DNA from: Camelus dromedarius | Taxonomy: Eukaryota | NCBI RefSeq assembly: GCF_036321535.1 | Contig: NC_087437.1 | Coordinates: 37,078,001-37,142,000 of the forward strand | Direction: 5' to 3' | Length of the DNA: 64,000 nt | Shown here: piece by piece, positions 25,787 through 37,795 of the stretch | Numbering within the stretch: the first letter of the stretch is position 1 | How the letters are laid out: every line of letters starts with the position of its first letter | The notes under the pieces: generated by a model | The model's database searches: none | Seen by the model: only the letters and a program-made list of their open reading frames with translations | What the model was told of the DNA's origin: nothing | Translations under genes and position numbers: made by a program

Positions 25787-26686
25787 ATGAGCAATATGAA
25801 GAAGCAGAGGAACCACTCCCAGCTAAAAGATCAAGAGAAATCCCCTGAAAGCACGATCAAGGAAATAGACATTGATGGCCTACTAGATCAAGATTTCAAA
25901 AAAGGAGTGATCAAAGTACTGAAGGAACTAAAAGAAATAGTGTTTAGAGATATAAAATATGTCAAAAATGAAATAGAAGCTATAAAGAATCAAGTAGAAC
26001 TGGTAAACTCATTTGCTGAGAGGAGAGCTGACCTAAAGGCTGTACAAAGCAGGCTAGATAATGCAGAGGAACGAACAAGTGACCTAGAAGACAGGACAAC
26101 AGAAAGCACCCAATCAGAACAGCTGAGAGAAAAATAAATAAAAAACAATGAAAACAATATAAGGGACCTATGGGATAATATAAAGTGTGCCAATCTACAC
26201 ATAATAGGGGTTCCAGAAGGGGAAGAAAGAACAAAGGGGATTGAAAAGGTATTTGAAGAAATCATGACTGAAAACTTCCCAAACCTAAAGAAGGAATCAG
26301 ATATCCAAGTACAGGAGGCTCAGAGGGTCCCAAACAGGAAGAACCAAAACAGAACCACACCAAGACATACCATAATCAAGATGATCAGAGTCAAGGATAA
26401 AGAAATGATCCTAAAGGCAGTAAGAGAAAAACAAAGAGTGAGTGACAAGGGAACCCCCATAAGGCTTTCAGCTGATTTCTCTACACAAACACTACAGGCC
26501 AGAAGGGAGTGGCAAGATATATTCAAAGTCCCGAATGAAAAAAAGATGCAGCCTAGGATACTCTATCCAGCAAGGCTATCCTTTACAATAGAAGGAGAGA
26601 TAAAGAACTTCACAGACAAGCAAAAACTACAAGAGTTTAGCAACACTAAACACATGCTAAAAGAAATATTGACAGGTCTACTATGA
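25787..26686 (+). pseudogene. L1 ORF1p (coiled-coil, RRM, CTD), 299 codons with one premature TAA at 26135-26137
   Basis: ORFs 25787-26137 and 26264-26686 are in the same frame. The bridge reads IKNNENNIRDLWDNIKCANLHIIGVPEGEE. Motifs ENFPNL, TPRHTIIK, PIRLSADFS and QPRILYPARLSF are canonical ORF1p. Confidence 0.93.
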
Positions 26687-26829
26687 ATAGAAAAGAAGCA
26701 GGATGCTACAAAAATGAGAAACTCTTAACTGGAAAGGTGATAACTACCATGAATTACAAATAGAATAAACACAAAATTGTAAAAGAAGACATCTAAATCA
26801 GTAAGAGTAGGAGAGGGAAGCAAGGAAAG

Positions 26830-27198
26830 CCACTGTGGAAAACAGTATGGAGATTCCTCAAAAGACTAGGAATAGACTTACCATATGACCCAGGAATCCT
26901 GCTCCTGGGCATATATCCAGAAGGAACCCTACTTCAAAATGACACCTGCACCCCAATGTTCATAGCAGCACTATTTACAATAGCCAAGACATGGAAACAG
27001 CCTAAATGTCCATCGACAGATGACTGGAAAAAGAAGATGTGGTAGATTTATACAATGGAATACTATTCAGCCACAAAAAACGACAACATAACACCACTTG
27101 CAGCAACGTGGATGTTCCTGGAGAATGTCATTCTAAGTGAAGTAAGCCAGAAAGAGGAAGAAAAATACCATATGAGATCACTCATATGTGGAATCTAA
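26830..27198 (+). pseudogene. Orphan C-terminal tail of L1 ORF2p (no start codon; one internal TAG at 27043-27045)
   Basis: Reads [31 protein letters not shown]...CTPMFIAALFTIAKTWKQPKCPSTDDW...MEYYSA...ILSEVSQ...SLICGI* without a frameshift. Confidence 0.9.
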
Positions 27199-29519
27199 AA
27201 TAAATAAATAAATAAATACAAAAATATGAAACAGAAACAGACTCATAGACATAGAATACAAACTTGTGGTTGCCAAGGGAGTGGGGGGTGGGAAGGGACA
27301 GACTGAGATTTTAAAATGTAGAACAGATACACAAGATTATACTGTATAGCACAGGGAAATATATACAAGATCTTGTGGTAGCTCAAAGCAAAAAAAAAAA
27401 ATGTGACAATGAATATATGTATGTTCATGTATAACTGAAAAATTGTGCTCTACACTGGAATTTGACACAACATTGTAAACTGACTATAACTCAATAAAAA
27501 AAAGTTTAAAAAAATGTAAATAGTTTGAAAATACATTTAACTAGTACATTTTTCTTACGAACTAACCAATTTTGAACTGACATTCTCCACAAAATATCAT
27601 TAAAGTATATATATTCATAAATTAACTCAGTTTGTTTCAAAACTGGTATTTTTTTCTTTTCTTCAATTTGCATAAGTAGAATTTCCATTTTAAAAAAGAC
27701 AAACTTTTAACATTGATTCTCTGGCTTCTAAACAATGAACATTTCTCATCTGTAGCAATCAACAGTGTAGGGCAACAAGGATACCTGTGATTGAGAGAAC
27801 ATGTCAGACAGTAATTTGTATTGATTTTTAGGCAACAGCCTATTTAAAAGGCAAGATTTTCCATAATTACATGAGAAATTTCTCACTCGCTTTGATGACT
27901 TGTATAAGTTATCCAATGTACTGACATGGATGAAAATTCCTTATCTCTTCAGTAAAATACTTGAAACTCACTTTTTCATTCAGGTACTCTGGATGAACAA
28001 CAATAAAAAAGTTACACTTGTTAACTGCAAAGGACTTGGGATTTAGCAGTTATGCAGAGACTGTAAGCATTTATGCAGAGACTAGGAGAACTGTGTGTAC
28101 TGAAAATGCTAGTTTGTTCTGCACATGCAAGAAAAACTTCTTATACATGAAACCTAGTATTAGGAGTTAAAAAGCAAAAAAGCCAGGGTCTATACCAAGG
28201 CTTCCTTGGACTTCACAAGATATGCTCTTATGAATAATAGATCAGGGATTAATAATGAGCATGATGAGCAATTTATAAGATAATTAGAAATCTTGAAGCT
28301 TCCAGGCATTTTTATATAACTTATAAACTACCGAATAGTTTTACCACATAAAATTACTCATATAGAAAATTAATAATAATAAATTAAAGGTACAGTGACA
28401 AAAATGTTGCCAGAGCTCAGGTTTCTTATACTCAAGATAAGTAGACACTGCTCAACACAACGCTCTTCTAAGCAAACATAACAAAAGAAGATTTATGCTG
28501 AATGGATTTGAAATACAATTGAATTATTCATTTAATAGGTAATTCATCATGACAAGAAAAGAGAACAGTTTGACGTAAAAACTTTATGCCATTCCATATG
28601 CAATATTTAATTGCAAGCCTAAATTTAGAATTCTGTGAATGCTGAATCATTCATACAAAAAATTAAAGTGATTATCTATTTATTTGCTTTGGAAACTAAG
28701 CTAAAATCCTATTGTTAACTCCATTTTTAAAAATACTAATACTAATATCTATAGTATAATCTTCCTTGGGATAATTATTATACAGATTGATAAACAATTG
28801 CTTCCTTATGGTGACCTCAAATTCTTTGTGCTATAAATTAATCTTCTATAGCACTCAGTGGAATAGGAACACAGTTGTTTACCATCTTCTTCCTGATATT
28901 GATCCTCTTTATGTGACGACTTTGATTAATTTCTTTTGTTAGAGCCTGTCCCAAGAATGTTTCTCCACCACAGACTGGAAGTAGAAGAGTATATCTTTAG
29001 CTAAGCACTAATTTACAGAATCCACACTAGGCTATCTGCTTTAAAGTCTCTCAATGTTTCCACCAAATAACTGGAACTAACAGTAAATAAAACATAAGTA
29101 TTATTGTAAGCAAAGTCAAGATTTTTCTTAGGAAGCATTTCTGAGACTGCCTTAGCATACAAAGACGTGTAATTAAGTTACTCATTTTCTATTCCCTAAA
29201 GCATGGTGGAGCAAAGAGTAATAGTTAGCACTGTGACAACTAAAAAATCTGAATAATGATCTCATGAAATGTCTAATTTTGACTGAGAAGATTTCCCAGT
29301 GAACTTCTCAAAATAATTTTGGTGCAAATTATGCACATGAATTTGCCTAAAAGGAGTCAGATCTAATGGGTTAAGAGCTACAACCCAACAAAATTTTGGA
29401 GAGCATCTGACACCATAAGTTAAAAATAAAAGTGGTCATTATTCAACATTTGTTTCTGCCAGTAGTTTACAAATTATACTAATTTCTGATTAAGACATTT
29501 CTGATTAGTGAAAATAAGA

Positions 29520-30450
29520 CAATATTTATTGACCTCTTTATTCAGTCACAAAAAGATTATGTATTTATACTCTCTGCCAAGTACAATTTTAGATGATGAT
29601 GATATCACATTAGATAATATATGATAAATACATAACATTAGCAAAGTATTATAATCCCTAAGATAAATGTAAGGGCAGCCTATCATTTGAGCAGGAAAGA
29701 TCAACATTTAACTCAGTCTTGGGATATGATCATATCAGTTCAGGCTTTACTGATCAGAGAAATCTGACTTAAGTACTTGTTAAGAGTAGTAATGGGCTAA
29801 ATAGGTAAAAGTTGGTGAGAGGAGAGCATTTCAAGGGGAGAAAAACCAGAGGTTCAAAGACACAGAAGTATAAAATACAAAGCAGCTGAAACAGAATAAT
29901 ACAACTGGAACAAAGAAGAAGAATGGAGATGGCAAGAATGGAAATTGGGAAAGCAGGTAGGAAAAAGATACTGAAGGACTTCATAGAATATACTGAAGAA
30001 TTTAAACTTCATCCTGAAGGCAATAAGAAAATTTAAGGGAATGGTGATAATTGCTTTTTAGAAAACCTGAGTTCAGTTTTGGACAAATATGCATAAGATC
30101 TATGTGGAGCTACTCAGTTAGCAGTTTAAGCATTTATTTAATATGTAAGAGGTAATTATGACACAATGCTTGATGAAGTCCCGCAAGGAAACATTCTAGA
30201 GTGAGAAGAACAGAGAAATAAACGTGAAACCCTGAAGATCTACAATACTTATGTGAATAGAGAAGGAGAATGCAACAGTGAATGAAAATAAACATTTAAG
30301 ATGATAGACGGAAAATCAAGACAGACTTGTTTCATAATAGCTCATACTTAAAGAGAGTGATATATTAAATTTTGATGAGAAATTATATAAGTAAGAACTC
30401 TAAGAATTGTTCCTTTAAGGAAAAAGCATTCAAAGTGGAATGAGTTAAAA
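29520..30450 (-). mobile_element. LINE-2 fragments
   Basis: L2 antisense landmarks ('aatatttattgac', 'gagcatttcaaggggagaaaaa', 'gaagaatttaaacttcatcctgaaggcaat', 'tgagttcagttttggaca'). Confidence 0.55.
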
Positions 30451-33400
30451 ATATAAAAACAATTATGTATCTGTGGGCTACAATTTCATTTTCATAAAAA
30501 AAAAAGCTGGATATGTAAAGACAAGGAACTGAAAAAAATATACATTAATACCGACTGCATGTGGGTTGTTTTAATTCTTGAAATTTAATAGATTTCCCTC
30601 AAAATTGTCATAAGAATAAAAAGCAAAAACAGTCATTGAAATTTTTATTTAAGGAGGCAGAATTTTCAAATTGAAAAAGTTTGTTCAGAATCAGACTTGC
30701 CTCAGTTTCAATACAACTCCTCTACTAATAAATTTTGTTTCATTAAAAACCAATTGAAAAAGCATGGCATCTTATAGAATAGTTTTTATTTTTACTAAAT
30801 TAAAATGTCATCCTTTCATAGTATAAATCTTGACCTATGCATGATTTTATTATTTATTTTATTTATCTATTTTGTACCATTGCTCCATGATCTAAATCTC
30901 AGAAAATAACAATTAAATTGAAACTAAAGGTGAAATGAGCTTGATATTAGAGTAGAATAAATCAGCATCTTAATTAGCTCCTCACATTCTATGTATGTTA
31001 ATAAAAAAGTCTGGTGTATCACTATTCTACTACTTCCTCGTTAAACACAGTCAATATTTTAAAATTCTAGAAAAATTGTTATTGGCTTCAATAATCATAT
31101 TTGGAAATGAGTAAAGATGAAAGTGGAATCTTGGGGCTACAGGAAATAGTGGTATGTTCAATTCTAGGCCTAGGGAATAAATTTGGGGGAAGAATAGCAA
31201 AGCCAACAACAGAAACTCAGAAGGAATTGAAAACCAAAGCTAGTTACCACAATCGGCATGACTGGAGGAGAAAAACCATTACAATTAATTGATTTCAGTA
31301 AGGGTCAAATGGAAAGGATGTCAGACTGATAGAAACTCTTTGAAACTCACTTCCACAACCAAGCCTCCTGCTTTAGTTTCTCCCCACTCCCTCATTTTGC
31401 CTTCTTTGTTTTCTTTCTTCCTTTTTTATCTGTCTTTTGTCTATCTATCTACCAGTCTTCTGTGTAATAATCAGTCTATCTGTCCATCAACTTTTGCATC
31501 ACTTCTCTGTGTCATAAAATTACTTCCAAAGGCATCTCTATTTAAAAACAGTATTTATATTTCCTCAGGGTCATACATACACATGGCCACACATCTTTCC
31601 AGCTGAATGGTCAAAGTATGAATTTGACCAATCCTCATGTTTGAGTTACTGAGGTTGTGTATGTGCCATTTAGGCTACTAACTGAAAATGGCACCATGGA
31701 TCTACCTTGGACTTCTCATCAAACTCTGCTATTAAAGATAGAAATGTGTAAAAACTTCCTAACACTTAGGAATGTTGTGACTTTAAACTTCAGGGACATA
31801 TTTTCTTTCATATTTTGAATTCCAATTTGAAGAGTCCAATTCTTGGTGAAGTAGGAAAGATGCTGTGCCAAAAGAGAGACAAAAACACTTCATGTCTTCC
31901 ATTATTTGTCCTTGAAGATGTGGGCTTATTCCTGGCAGAGAAACTGAACAAATATGAAAGAGAAAGATAAATAGATTCAATACTGAGCACCCATAAACAG
32001 ACTATAGTTCATGGAGAGAGACATACAGGTAGACAAAGAAGGTAATTTAAAATTAAAAGTCCAGGAAGAAACCAGAAACCAAAGATCATTATCAGATAAA
32101 CAATACTGTAGATTCAGAAATGTAGTAATAAGCCTAAATTCACTAGATATATTTGTATTTAAAGTTACTTTGGGAGAGATACTTCTGTGCCATGTCCTTT
32201 CCTTGCTATACTTTAAAAGTACCATTCAGTTCCCAAATTCATTTTCTTCATGAAAGAATACAACCAACCAATGTGTATTATGATTTGCATACACTTTTTT
32301 TCAGGAAGTTACATACTGCAGAGAAGTGCCTAACTAGTCTGTTAGCTTTAATCTCTATCTTTCACATATATATATGATAACATATATATATATATATTTG
32401 ATAACTACAAAATTAAGACACATTTGATTCAGTGACTCTTACACACTGAAACATTAGCACAAAGATTATTTTGGAAAATGGGTTCTTTATTTTTTCAAAA
32501 CAATGATAGAAAATGTGATTTCAGTTTCACAGGGCTATGGACTTGTAACATATATAAAATATGCAAAGCATACTGGGAAAAAAAAGAAATTTAGAACAAT
32601 GTAAATGATATATTTTCTTTCCTCTTCATCATTTAGAAGAGATGTTGATTGCAAATACACAATTTTTAGCCGCTCCTTTATAGTTAAGTTTCTATAATCT
32701 ATTCCAGAACCTTGAATTCAGCTAAATGTATACAGGTACTTATCAAGTTAGGCAACCCATTTAATTGCAGGAGATATTTTTGTTGTCTCTGCAATCAGTG
32801 TGCATTTGAAATCAGCTAGGAGAGCTAAATATAACTTGACTGTCCTCAGTCTTTTCAGTTCTTCATTCTGGGCTTTCTTAGGTAAAATATCAATCAGAAA
32901 ATAACATCTTTTTTAACAAGATACGTTTAAACTAATATAATTTTAAATGTTTACATTTCAAACACTGATATCCTTTAACATTTTGAAACACAAATTCATG
33001 ATTTCTTGGGCCATTCTTCCATATAATTACTCATACAATGAAGTATTTTAATGATATAGACAAAAGCAAGTACTCAAATCAAAAGCAAAATAACACCTAT
33101 CATTTCAGCACCTACAATGAGGAGGCTTTGCATTTATTATCCCATTCATACAAGAGCCATGAAAGATGGTGCAATTAGTCTAACTCTGTGGATGACCAGT
33201 TATACGAGAAATGCTAATTATTCCTAAGGCCACAGAAATGGAATGAGTTATTCTAGATTTGAATGTCAAGTTTATCTAGTTCTGAGGTTATGGATAGAAA
33301 ATAAAAGGTATTTGCTTGATACATTTTATATTATCTTGTTGGAAAATAAGCTTTAACTGTAGAGATCATGGGTGTTATAGTTTTCTTATGTGTAAGAACT

Positions 33401-33994
33401 ATAAAAACTGTAGAAAAAGCTTCACAAAACTTAGCATTTTTAAAACCAACTTTTTACATTTGAGCTCAGAGCTCTCAGCTGAGTGATTACAAATAGGTGA
33501 CTAACTGGTTAGACCTCCAGATATTAGGGACTCTGTTATACTTATTGGAAGAAAAAAATCACAAGGGAGTGCTATATCTTCCTGGCATGTTTTTGTGACA
33601 GAATCTTGTACTCGTTAATGAAAATGAAAGAAGAAACTGAATTATTTCTGGCAGAAGATTGTCTTGGTGTATTTCATAATATAACCTTAGGTTAAGTTTG
33701 AGTCTTAACTTTTTAGGAACAGTTTACCAAATACATCAACAAAGGATATAAAAATGTATTAAATGCCTACTAGGCGAAAATAATTTTAAAGTCTCGACAA
33801 ATATTATTTATATGCAAATAAATGAGATATGATTATTTCACCAGGACTTCTAAAATTTTATTATAAAACAATATATATTTTACACATTTCACTAATTTAA
33901 ACAGTACTAAGAATCTCATCAGAATTTTCTTTTTTTTTTAATCTTTGCTGCTCAGTTGTTTTTTAAGGAGGTTTATCTCAGAGTGTGAGAAAGG

Positions 33995-34445
33995 GAGCAG
34001 TTTGTCCCACCCTTAAAGATCTAAAGTTTGTAAATGTGGTATTGCCTATCATATTTCTGCTTCACTGGTCTGACACAAGCAAAAACTGAATGGATCCTAG
34101 AGAATGACTAGAGACTGCTAATTCATCAAAGTTGTAGCCCTGATCAAAACTGTCATGGATTGTACTGTTACTAGATGGTTCAATAAGGATTCAAGTATAT
34201 GGTGTGTGATCACTGATTTAGTAAATTATTCATTTCTATACTGATAGAAGAGCTGACCAAAAATAGTTCACATGCATATGGAAAATACAATAATATTCAG
34301 TGACAGTCTGCCTTAGGGATATGTTAACTCTTCTCTTCGCTCTCATACTATAATTCAAAAAGATCTGGACTTTCTGCACATTCTATAGAACATTAAATTG
34401 ATTCATTATATTGGTGACTTCATGATGATTGGGCACAACGAGCAA
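33995..34445 (+). mobile_element. ERV-L internal (pol, reverse transcriptase) fossil fragment
   Basis: Piecewise translation gives TLKDLK..VV.P / GS*RMT.D / W..ITDLVN / DQK*F...W..Q*Y..TV / LP*GYVNSS..SH.II..DLD (from 34308) / LIHYIGDFMMIG (YIGD at 34407-34418). This is colinear with ERV-L RT (GSWRMTVDY, IDLANAF, QKQFAF, LPQGY.NSP, HYIDDIMLIG). Confidence 0.85.
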
Positions 34446-34844
34446 GTCTCCTTATTGAGTCTTCTCTTTGACTTTTTCAAAGGCTCAAAAATTCCTCCTT
34501 TCCTCCCAAACTATTTTCATTAATAATCTCAAACGAAATCACTTGAGGGAATCTCCTTCATATAAGAACCATTTCTTTCCCACTCTTACAGAGTTAAAAT
34601 ACTAACTTCACATGAGAGAAAAACATGATAGAATAACTGAAAGTTTGCATGACACTTAAGAGCTTCACTCTAACTAAAATACACTCGATCTATCAATGTT
34701 TTCACAGGGTGTGACATTTTGGAATAAAAACTTCTGCAGTTGTTCTACATCTACAGAAGCTCTTGACACATTTAACTAACTGTCATGCTTCAAGCAGCCT
34801 TCAAAATGAATGTAATGTATTTCCTTTTTTTTCAGTCATTGAAA

Positions 34845-35010
34845 AAATATTTATTTATTTTGTATATATATTTTTACTGAAGTATAGTCAGTTTATAGTG
34901 TGTCAATTTCTGGTGTACAGCATAGTGCTTCAGTCATACATGAACATACATTTATTAGTTTTCATATTCTTTTTCACCATAAGTGGCTACAAGATATTGA
35001 ACATATTCTT
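34845..35010 (-). mobile_element. Short L1 3'-terminal fragment (cetartiodactyl-type)
   Basis: 'ttactgaagtatagtcagtttatagtgtgtcaatttctggtgtacagcatagtg...' is the reverse complement of a 3' end similar to those at 4700-4760 and 27350-27500. Confidence 0.8.
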
Positions 35011-35309
35011 TTTAAAGCAAGATGTATATGTATATGTGTATACATATATACATATAAATATACACACACACACACACATACATACATTACATTCACATGG
35101 TTCTCCTGATCTTTGTAATAAGTCTGATCTGTTACTAAAGAAAATCCAAGTATACTGTGTCTTTCTATACAGAGTTATACAAATTACAGGCTAACTTACA
35201 ACAAAGTTTAAAATTTGTTAATATAAAAAAATTACATTTGTGATGTGTCATCTTTTAAATGAAGATTTTTATACTTTTGACTTGTCAAAACTTTTATTTC
35301 CCTCATCAT

Positions 35310-35510
35310 ATGACAATGATTATCTAAGTGATGTACCAGTATGAACTCATTCCATTCTCATAAATTCCCTATGAAATAGATACTATCATTATCTACAGTC
35401 AATGTATGAAGAAGCTGAGGCACAGAGAGGTTAAGAAACTTGCCTGGTGTTACACTGCCAATGAGTAGCTGAGCTGGGTTTTGAACCTAGAAAGTCTAAT
35501 TCCACAACTT
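35310..35510 (-). mobile_element. MIR SINE
   Basis: Core 'atgaagaagctgaggcacagagaggttaagaaacttgcctggtgttacac...gagctgggttttgaacctag'. Confidence 0.85.
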
Positions 35511-36349
35511 GTCTTCTGGTAAAAAGAATTTATATGTCTGCTTGTTCTCAATTCTGAGTTCTCATAAAAGTTACCAACTTTTTTTAAAGAGATGAAATAT
35601 TTAAGGAAGTGGGAGAGTCCAAAAGTTAAGTAATAATTTTAAGTGTTTATAGAAGGCTGATGTGATTGAGGGATAAAACGTCAACTGTAGATAAAACACA
35701 AGAAATAATTTTATTTCCTTTCATGAGAAAACAGAACAGATTCCAAATCCTTTTTATAATAAATTATAATAGCAAATATGAGATACAGAAAGGAATATAA
35801 ATAAATAAATTTAATTAAAAAATAAGACACTTGTCAGCTAGGGAACTGAAATTACTCCACTTCAATACGTTTTTGATTTGCTGCTATGACTTTCTTGCCC
35901 CCTCGCCACCCTGCCCCCCCAAGTAAAGCCTAAGAACTACATTTGAGCCAAAGTATGTGATTTACCAAGGTCCTTCTAGTAAGGACAAGGGGGTCTCAGT
36001 GACAGGCAGAGCTGTCTGCAGGACTGAAACACACTACCCTTAGAATTAGGCTCTCCCTACTAGGTCTTTTGTGAACATTCCCAACCTGCTAACCTCATCC
36101 TCATTAAGCCACTAATTGTGTAGGAAATGCTACCCGTCAAAACAGACTAACGCTTTCCATAGGACCCTTGGAATATTTTTGCATTCAAGAAGTCTGTCCA
36201 GATGCAGCCTTATGTAAACCATAATGTGTTTCTAGGCTGATGAGACATCACTTATTCTCCTGTTTATAGGACTTAGTCATGACAGGAACAGATGGCTTTA
36301 CGGAGAGAGAATCAGAAGGTTTTCATTTCTCGTAGTGGTTTTATAGATT

Positions 36350-36650
36350 TCAAGAACAGAAAAGCAACATTAGGTTTGAAAATTCTTGTCACATATTTAT
36401 AATATTTATATACCACAGGGGGGAAAAAAGGTTTTATAAGGAAGTATGTTACATAAAAGGAAACAAAATGAGACTTCAGTCATTTATCCTTGAATGCTAG
36501 AAACATTGTATTGCAAATTCTATAGGAAAAATAAATCGTATTCATCTCAGAATTCTACCTCAACCAAATTTCAAATATGAATGCAAACAGAAAGATCTTG
36601 ATGCATGCAATATCTTAAGAAGTTTACTCACATAGTTCTGGCTCCTGAGA
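36350..36650 (+). mobile_element. Very old HAL1/L1M ORF1-CTD relic
   Basis: 'gttacataaaaggaaacaaaatgagact...gaatgctagaa...ctcagaattctacctcaaccaaa' resembles the decayed ORF1 CTD (VTYKG..IRL / ARRQW / PRILYPAK). Confidence 0.4.
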
Positions 36651-37229
36651 TGGGGCTGGGAAGAGCTAATACAAGCTAAAAAGTGAAAGTTGACTTAAAG
36701 AAACTGGAAGGCATGGAGTACAATTCATATAAGGAAAATTAAGCTAGAAAGAAATGAAAAGAGGGTTTATTAGACTGAATTCTTGGAAGATTCACAATTT
36801 AATAGTAAACTTTAATTGTTTAAAGGTTGGTTTTTAAAATATGATTCCAACAACACTGTTATGTACCAGAGTATTTAATATGTACATTAGTACAAATGGT
36901 AAAACCCAGTTATTTATAAGTATTCTACAGACAAAGCTTAAAGGACTTATGTAATATATCTTTCACTATATCTTTATAGTGTGAATGTCATTTGCCCTAA
37001 TTTTTTAATATTTCATGGTAGATGATAAACAGTAACACTTCTAAAGTTGGTAAATAAAGATAAAAAGCCCAGTAAGTTATTCAAATCATGCAATCACTAA
37101 AATAAAAGGTGATGATATAAATGAGAAATAATCATACTGTAAAATGGGAAATGAAGTCAAACTAGTTTAAGTCTGCAAGATTCTTCAGATGTAAACACAG
37201 ACCATTTCTAATGAAAAATAAATGATAAC

Positions 37230-37795
37230 TCAGAGTCTGGAGCCACAATACCAGAAGAATGAACACAAAAGCCATATAGACTCACTCCCAGGGCGCAAGT
37301 AAAGCTTTAATCCAAAAACTGGAGACTTGTGCCAGGCTGTATTCAGGAACTTCAATGGACCAGTGACCAGTATGTACACCCATTGTTACCCCTTTAAATG
37401 GACATTATTTCAAGTCCTTACCTAAAAACTGTATGTTATGTTTGGGAGAAAATGGACCAGATAGTTTGTCTCTTTAATTAACAGGTCTTTGAATCCAGAG
37501 GAGCCGTAACTGAGGAAACTCATCTGTACCTGGCTATGATTTAGATGATGAGACACAGGAGTTTAAGCCTGAGCCTGATGTCATAATGTCCTGAGAGTTT
37601 TGAGGACCTTGGGGAGGTTGAATATATTCTGCATATGAGAAGAGTGTAAGTAACTTGTGACTAGTGGTTGAAATACGTTTGAGTGAAAATGGCCACATTT
37701 TCTTTGTCACTTCTCCCATTTACATAGGGTGTTTATTTGTTCATACTCATGAATCTGGTCTGGCCTTGAGAGTAGCTCTGATTACCTAGGCATAG
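37230..37795 (+). mobile_element. MaLR (MLT1) internal 3' segment followed by the start of its 3' LTR
   Basis: 'atggaccagtgac...tttgtctctttaattaacaggtct...tgatttagatgatgaga...tatattctgcatatgagaagag' is MLT1-int-like. From ~37660, 'aaaatggccacattttctttgtcacttctcccatt...gaatctggtctggcctt' resembles an MLT1G/H LTR 5' part. Confidence 0.7.

Larger units (their letters stand above)
24455..27511 (+). mobile_element. Internally deleted LINE-1: full 5' UTR + ORF1 + last ~122 codons of ORF2 + 3' UTR + A-tail; ORF1-only / HAL1-like architecture; 17-bp TSD
   Basis: L1 5' start 'gagaagcaagatggtggagtagaaggac', GC-rich 5' UTR to 25786, ORF1 at 25787-26686, and a junction at 26828-26830 into ORF2 '[10 protein letters not shown]...ICGI*' (stop 27196-27198). 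AATAAA precedes the tail. TSD aaatgtatatagtttga (24438-24454) vs aaatgtaaatagtttga (27512-27528), 16/17 match, at a TTT/AAA endonuclease-type site. Confidence 0.95.

Noticed and set aside
26687..27198. New fused ORF created by the deletion junction
   Set aside because: The ORF2-tail frame has an upstream TAA at 26794-26796 with no ATG before the junction, and ORF1 ends at its own stop.
28050..28083. Direct repeat ttatgcagagact x2
   Set aside because: A simple 21-nt slippage duplication with two copies only; not an array or CRISPR-like.
34763..35194. 143-aa ORF
   Set aside because: It spans an antisense L1 3' fragment and a TA/CA microsatellite.
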